64,000 bases of DNA from the NCBI GenBank assembly GCA_030425805.1, contig JAUHZC010000002.1, positions 20,448 to 84,447 of the forward strand, in the 5' to 3' direction. The notes under the pieces were generated by a model. The model worked only from the letters and a program-made list of their open reading frames with translations. It made no database searches and had not been told where the DNA came from. This DNA comes from Alphaproteobacteria bacterium (GTDB lineage Bacteria; Pseudomonadota; Alphaproteobacteria; JAUHZC01). Shown here piece after piece: positions 59,206 to 64,000 of this stretch; within the stretch, counting starts at the first letter, position 1, and each line of letters opens with the position of its first letter. The translations under genes were made by a program, and so were the position numbers.

Positions 59206-59922
59206 TTATGGTTCATTCCCACCTTCAGAACCTGGATCTTCATAGCCACCCCCCAAGGCGACATCTATGACCTCAAGAAGACTTGGTTTAGATTGGGGAT
59301 AGAGGGTAGCCTTATGCACGCCACTCCTGATGGCCCCTGCCATGATGATAATATTTGGAAGTTCTGAGCAGGTGATTCTATACCCACCCTCAACTAGAAA
59401 TACTTCACAGCTTATATCTCTCCTCGTGTCATCTAAAACAGTAAGATAAGCAGTAGGAGGATGAACAGCTCCCGGAATTGTCTCGCTTTCTAAGATGCTT
59501 AAGGTAAGACCAAAAACATTATAAGGATCTAACTTTTCTGTACACCAAGCTTTGCACCACCTCTCCTTTTGGGTGTAGGATCCATATAAAATTTCAAACA
59601 TAGGGATGTGGTCACGCCGCCAGGCTTCTCTAAAACGGGACTCACTAAAGGATACTCTCCCAGCGGCAGAACGTGAAAAACCAATTGCTTCAAAATGAGA
59701 CCATTGTTGCATCACAGTCTCTTCAATAGCGCTTGGGAAATGTTTTGCACCGCAAGCACTTAGGGTCCGCCTCCACTTTGCACAAGCTGCGTTGTATGGC
59801 CCACAAAACTCTTGGCAGGAAACGACCAATCCCTGACATCTTTCCTCAAGGGGGCCAGGCTCTGCAGCTCCCCAGGCTGAAGAGTGATAGCAAAAGAAAA
59901 GAATCAAAAAGATCTGTAACAT
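59206..59922 (-). CDS. Orphan exported protein
   Basis: MLQIFLILFFCYHSSAWGAA signal; shares blocks with 59943..60779. Confidence 0.7.
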   Translation of the reverse strand: MLQIFLILFFCYHSSAWGAAEPGPLEERCQGLVVSCQEFCGPYNAACAKWRRTLSACGAKHFPSAIEETVMQQWSHFEAIGFSRSAAGRVSFSESRFREAWRRDHIPMFEILYGSYTQKERWCKAWCTEKLDPYNVFGLTLSILESETIPGAVHPPTAYLTVLDDTRRDISCEVFLVEGGYRITCSELPNIIIMAGAIRSGVHKATLYPQSKPSLLEVIDVALGGGYEDPGSEGGNEP

Positions 59923-59942
59923 TTGTTTTCTAGCCTTTTTTT

Positions 59943-60779
59943 TTAGTCTGACATTGATTCAAGTGGGATGCTGTACTTCTCACGCAAAGCCTCTAGTTCG
60001 CTTGCAAGGGTAGGAAATAAAATCCCCGTGTAGGGGGTTAAAATCACTTTCCGCCCAGAGTTACTCGGGGAAGTCGCTGGAAAAAGATCAGCTTTTGTTC
60101 CTAAAAACAAAACGTCCAAGCACATGAGATCTGTGGGGGTTGCATCCTCTGGAAAATCATGTTGAAAACACATTCCAGCCTCAGAGACAACACATTCAGC
60201 CTCAACTTGTTTTTCACTTCCATCAGTATCTGTATATGTAAAGCTTGAGGAAAGAAGGCCTCCCTCACAAACAGCATATTGAAAGATGATTTCTTCTTTT
60301 CTGGAAAACAGAGCATCACACGCTCTTTGGCGAACAATAAAATGAGGTTTATCAGCAAGATAACCACCATGAGTATATGCCAATAAATCCCAGCATCTTT
60401 GCAAAATATTTTGAGTTAGCGCTGCTGAATCAAAGACAAATCGGCCGTCCGACTCAGTAATACCAAAAAGCTCAAATCCATCAAAAGCCTGTAACCGAGA
60501 AGCTTTGTCTTGGTCTTCTGCTGAAAAAGCATCTGAATTTTTAGCCTGAAAAGCTTGGATTGCATTTAGGGCCAAGCAAACCCCTGCAACAGTCCTATGC
60601 ATATCCTCAGATGTTGGAGAAGGAGAGCGTGGATCCTCAGTCCCAAGACTATGATTTGAGAGTGCTTCTGTGAGCCTTTGGGCTGGTGTTAGATCAGGCG
60701 AGGCGCCTGATGGAATTCCTACTGCTGCAGCCCAAATCTTAGAACAGCAAATAAAAACCATGAAGACATAAACCTTCAT
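59943..60779 (-). CDS. Orphan exported protein
   Basis: MKVYVFMVFICCSKIWAAA signal; GGAG RBS-like sequence upstream. Confidence 0.7.
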   Translation of the reverse strand: MKVYVFMVFICCSKIWAAAVGIPSGASPDLTPAQRLTEALSNHSLGTEDPRSPSPTSEDMHRTVAGVCLALNAIQAFQAKNSDAFSAEDQDKASRLQAFDGFELFGITESDGRFVFDSAALTQNILQRCWDLLAYTHGGYLADKPHFIVRQRACDALFSRKEEIIFQYAVCEGGLLSSSFTYTDTDGSEKQVEAECVVSEAGMCFQHDFPEDATPTDLMCLDVLFLGTKADLFPATSPSNSGRKVILTPYTGILFPTLASELEALREKYSIPLESMSD

Positions 60780-60872
60780 CTCGCCTATCTCCCTGAATTT
60801 TTTATCATATTTCTATCTATAGGCTAGCAGCTGAAAATTTTATTGCAAAGTCATTTTATGGAAAACATTAAA

Positions 60873-62465
60873 TCAAGCATTTGCATCTATGGTAAAGAAG
60901 GATTTGATTTTAGATAGAATGCCAGAAGCCTCTTTCTTAACTTCTTTTGTTGCTTTCTCTACGCTGATTTTCAATTTTTTGTTTGCCATTTTTCGCTCAG
61001 CAACAACCTCAGCAAGCTTTTGCATGAGTGCGGGAGACTTTTGGAAAAGAGGCACCAGCGTTTCTTTGCGGATCTCAAAAACCCGAAGACTTGTCATCGC
61101 TCTTACTGTTGCAGAGCGTTTTTCTCCGGTCAGAAGGGCCATATCTCCAAAGAACGCACCTGAAGTAAGAATTGCAACTCTTTGGGGCTGCTGACCTTTC
61201 TTTAGAGCCACCATCACCTCGACAGCTCCCTCCTCAATGATAAACATTGAATCTCCGTCTTTGCCTTGCAGGACAATGTCCATGCCAGCCTTGAGTTTAT
61301 GCTCTCTCAAACCATCAATAAGGATTTTCTTTTCATCTGGTTTGAGACTTGCAAAAAGATCAATGCTATCAACAGCATGCTTAGCATCTCTTTCTGGCAT
61401 GGCTGCATAAGGACCTGGATGGCCCTTGGAAAGCATGTACTCCCCGATACTCTCAGAAACCTTCATGCCATACTTATCCAGCTCGTGCAGGATGCTGGAT
61501 TGAACCTTATGGCGAAGAATTCCCCGGGATCCCAAGTCAGGACAATCGTAGAAAATCATAAAGTCCACACCACCTGTCGTTGTTTCCCAAGCAAAAACCT
61601 GAGCGCTTCCAGAATCTTTCACTTCAGGCACTTTATAAAGTGCAGACTCAAGAACACGCTTTGCACGATCCACAGGAACAATGTAATCAAGGCTGATTTT
61701 TATTTGCTCTTTATAGGTTTTTCCAGGACGTGAGTAGTTAACCAGCGTATTCGTAGAGAATTTTGAATTTGGGATGAAGATCATATTCCCTAACGGTGCC
61801 TCTTTCAGGACCGTCGAACGCCAGCCCATATCAATCACTTGCCCTTCATACCCATCAATTTTAATCCAGTCTCCGACTTGAATGGGGCGCTCAATATCAA
61901 TCACCCCTCCAGAAAATGTGTCTAAAATGGGGGATTGGAGAGCAAGAGCTACACCCGCACCCAAAAAGCTGAGTCCTGCAAAAACGGCTCCAATTTCACG
62001 ATCTAGAATGACAGTTGTGACAAAAGCAATCACGATAAAGGTAATCGCCACACTTGCAATGTTGATGAGAATCCGAGGCGCTGGCCGGCCATGAACTTCC
62101 TCATAGGGGCGCCAAATGTAGATTTTCATCAAAGCGAGACCATAATAAATCAAATACCCAGACAAAAAGAGATTCAGAAGAACACCCAGGTATTTTACAC
62201 CTCCACCAATACTGGAGGAAAACCCCTCAATCAAAAGGATTGTGAAAATGATGATTCCCAGCACGATGAAGCGCTGAGCCATCGTAGTTGCTTGGTTAAA
62301 ACGCTTATTTAGCTCTTTTGTTGCTTTTTTAGCGCTTTTAACAGTCCAATCTGTTGCTGGCTTGGTTTCTTTTTGAAGTTGGGCAAGCCTCTTCTTGACC
62401 CACTTGCGTGCCGGTTCAAGGGCCTTATTAATTTTTTTGACGTCAAAGCGAGGCTTTTGGGGCAT
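60873..62465 (-). CDS. MscS-family mechanosensitive channel with C-terminal cyclic-nucleotide-binding domain
   Basis: ALALQSPILDTFSG..ERPIQVGDWI, GWRST, IPNS; GDSMFII..G, FFGDMALLTGEKRSATVRA. Confidence 0.9.
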   Translation of the reverse strand: MPQKPRFDVKKINKALEPARKWVKKRLAQLQKETKPATDWTVKSAKKATKELNKRFNQATTMAQRFIVLGIIIFTILLIEGFSSSIGGGVKYLGVLLNLFLSGYLIYYGLALMKIYIWRPYEEVHGRPAPRILINIASVAITFIVIAFVTTVILDREIGAVFAGLSFLGAGVALALQSPILDTFSGGVIDIERPIQVGDWIKIDGYEGQVIDMGWRSTVLKEAPLGNMIFIPNSKFSTNTLVNYSRPGKTYKEQIKISLDYIVPVDRAKRVLESALYKVPEVKDSGSAQVFAWETTTGGVDFMIFYDCPDLGSRGILRHKVQSSILHELDKYGMKVSESIGEYMLSKGHPGPYAAMPERDAKHAVDSIDLFASLKPDEKKILIDGLREHKLKAGMDIVLQGKDGDSMFIIEEGAVEVMVALKKGQQPQRVAILTSGAFFGDMALLTGEKRSATVRAMTSLRVFEIRKETLVPLFQKSPALMQKLAEVVAERKMANKKLKISVEKATKEVKKEASGILSKIKSFFTIDANA

Positions 62466-62523
62466 ATATCGAAACCTAAAACTACAGTTTTATTGTCCGA
62501 TAAATTCATTAAAAATTGGTAAT

Positions 62524-63048
62524 TTATGCAGTAGAAATGTTTAAATTTTCCAATAAATCGAGGACATTTTGCAATATATAGCTTGCAGCGAGTTTATCTT
62601 TGTTTTCTTTGCGTTTTTCACGACTTAAATCTTCACTCAACATGGCCTTATCTACAGCCTGTGTTGAAAGGCGTTCATCCATCATAAAAACGGGTAAATC
62701 AACCTTTGATGCCAGGAGATGAGCCTTGTCAAGGGTACCTTGGGCTTTCGGCCCCCAAGATCCATCCAGATTCAGAGGATACCCTACCACAACTCCAACA
62801 GCTTCTTGCTGTTCAAGAAGCGTCAAAAGCTCCGGCAAAAGCTTCCCAAAACTCGGGGCCTTGAGTTGCACAAGAGGGGTCGCAACTGTACGGCTAAGGT
62901 CACTAATTGCAATGCCCGTAGTCCGACTTCCAATATCAAGCCCCAAAAGAGCTCCACGCTTAGGAAGTTCAGCAGCATACGCAGCCAAGGTCTCTTGGTA
63001 ATAAAGGGGGGATTCGCCCCGCTTGTAGGTTTGAGGCCCCTCCCCCAT
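62524..63048 (-). CDS. ruvX: Holliday junction resolvase-like RuvX/YqgF
   Basis: LLGLDIGSRTTGIAISD, VVGYPLNLDGS, DERLST, DKLAASYILQ. Confidence 0.93.
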   Translation of the reverse strand: MGEGPQTYKRGESPLYYQETLAAYAAELPKRGALLGLDIGSRTTGIAISDLSRTVATPLVQLKAPSFGKLLPELLTLLEQQEAVGVVVGYPLNLDGSWGPKAQGTLDKAHLLASKVDLPVFMMDERLSTQAVDKAMLSEDLSREKRKENKDKLAASYILQNVLDLLENLNISTA

Positions 63049-64000
63049 TAAACTTCCTCGCTTTCGTAGGACTCCCGAATGACAAAAGTCAACCCAAGAG
63101 AAACCAAAGCAACAATGGGAAGAGCTGCCATTGCATTCTGGTAGTCAGACAGGGAGTAGACAGGCTGACCAAAGGAGTCTGTCGCCCCAGACCAGAAAAA
63201 GTCAATGATGTACCCCAGAAGTGGTTGGAAGATGACCCCTGAAATCATGCAAAGCATGTTGTGGAACCCACTTGCTGTCGCTCCAGCAGATTTCTGGTTC
63301 ACAGACAGAACAGTGACAAAAGCAATCAATTGCCCAGCAGCAACAAGCCCCGCAAAGAAAAGAACAACATATGTCATCCAGAAAGGCATCTTGATAAAGA
63401 TGATCGGCAAGAAGATCAAGCCTGTGAAAATGGCTGAAACCTTCATCACAAGGCGGTGAGATCTAAAAAGGTCTGCCAGAAAAGCATTAAATGGAGCCCC
63501 ACATCCAAGACCAACGTAAAATGTCATGACAGCACCATTGGCGATTGTTTTTTCAACACCATAAAACTTCATCATGAACTGGGTTCCCCACATATCAGCA
63601 AACCCTGAGAGAGGAACGTACATCAAAGATCCATAGAGTCCGATAAACCATGTTTGGGGATTTTTCACGATCAGTTTAATCGCCCCCATAACAGAGGTTT
63701 CCTCTTCATCCTCAGCTTCATGATGAACAGCACGGTTTTTTCCACTGTCTTTCACAATGAAGAAAATAACCCCTGAAATCACAAGACCAAAGACAGCCAA
63801 GTATTGAACAAGCTCTTGCCAGGTATGGGTTTCTTTAAGATGGGTGAGTAAGCTGCCACCCCCAGCTCCCCCAGCGGTCCCTAAGGCAATGGTTAGCCCC
63901 ATAAAGACCGTGAGGTAACGTACAGGGAAACGAGTTTGGAGAATCTTTACAGCCGACAAAAACCCGAATGCTGATCCTATGCCCATAAAGCAGCGCCCAA
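63048..64000 (-). CDS. MFS transporter, 3' part (start beyond right edge)
   Basis: GRCFMGIGSAFGF, multiple TM helices, FADMWG, LADLFRSHR, FQPLLGYII. Confidence 0.85.
   Translation of the reverse strand, partial: GRCFMGIGSAFGFLSAVKILQTRFPVRYLTVFMGLTIALGTAGGAGGGSLLTHLKETHTWQELVQYLAVFGLVISGVIFFIVKDSGKNRAVHHEAEDEEETSVMGAIKLIVKNPQTWFIGLYGSLMYVPLSGFADMWGTQFMMKFYGVEKTIANGAVMTFYVGLGCGAPFNAFLADLFRSHRLVMKVSAIFTGLIFLPIIFIKMPFWMTYVVLFFAGLVAAGQLIAFVTVLSVNQKSAGATASGFHNMLCMISGVIFQPLLGYIIDFFWSGATDSFGQPVYSLSDYQNAMAALPIVALVSLGLTFVIRESYESEEV

Overview
This is a 64 kb bacterial chromosomal segment, most likely from an alphaproteobacterium (ChpT phosphotransferase, NDUFA9-like SDR, rnd-kdsD, secG-pyrG-kdsA, acpP-fabF-mltG). 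A host-associated Holosporales/Rickettsiales-like lineage is an inference. The backbone is housekeeping genes (pth, ychF, clpP, clpX, lptB, ruvA, ruvC, yebC, icd, recF, gyrB, class A PBP, nusB, kdsA, pyrG, secG, dps, bolA, acpP, fabF, mltG, ruvX) plus three tRNAs (Leu-CAG, Val-GAC, Ser-CGA), and several normally conserved operons are broken up. About 15 genes with no recognisable full-length homolog are interspersed among them. They encode Ala-rich proteins whose N-terminal export signals mostly end in an aromatic-small-Ala motif (often WGA). Several carry enzyme-like motifs: an NlpC/P60-like Cys-His module, Sel1/TPR plus a trypsin-like protease, a GNAT acetyltransferase, and a poly-Lys NLS-like segment with a C-terminal HicA-like RNase domain. 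Together they look like a dispersed candidate effector repertoire. One member has a TGA exactly at the motif's Trp codon. Also present are an LqsR-like response regulator, a 700-aa multi-repeat exported protein, a lipoprotein HIT hydrolase, six clusters of nested REP/RPE-like palindromic repeats, and a duplicated tRNA-Ser 3' end. No CRISPR array, transposase, integrase or phage gene was seen. All family assignments come from motif recognition by eye; no database searches were run.
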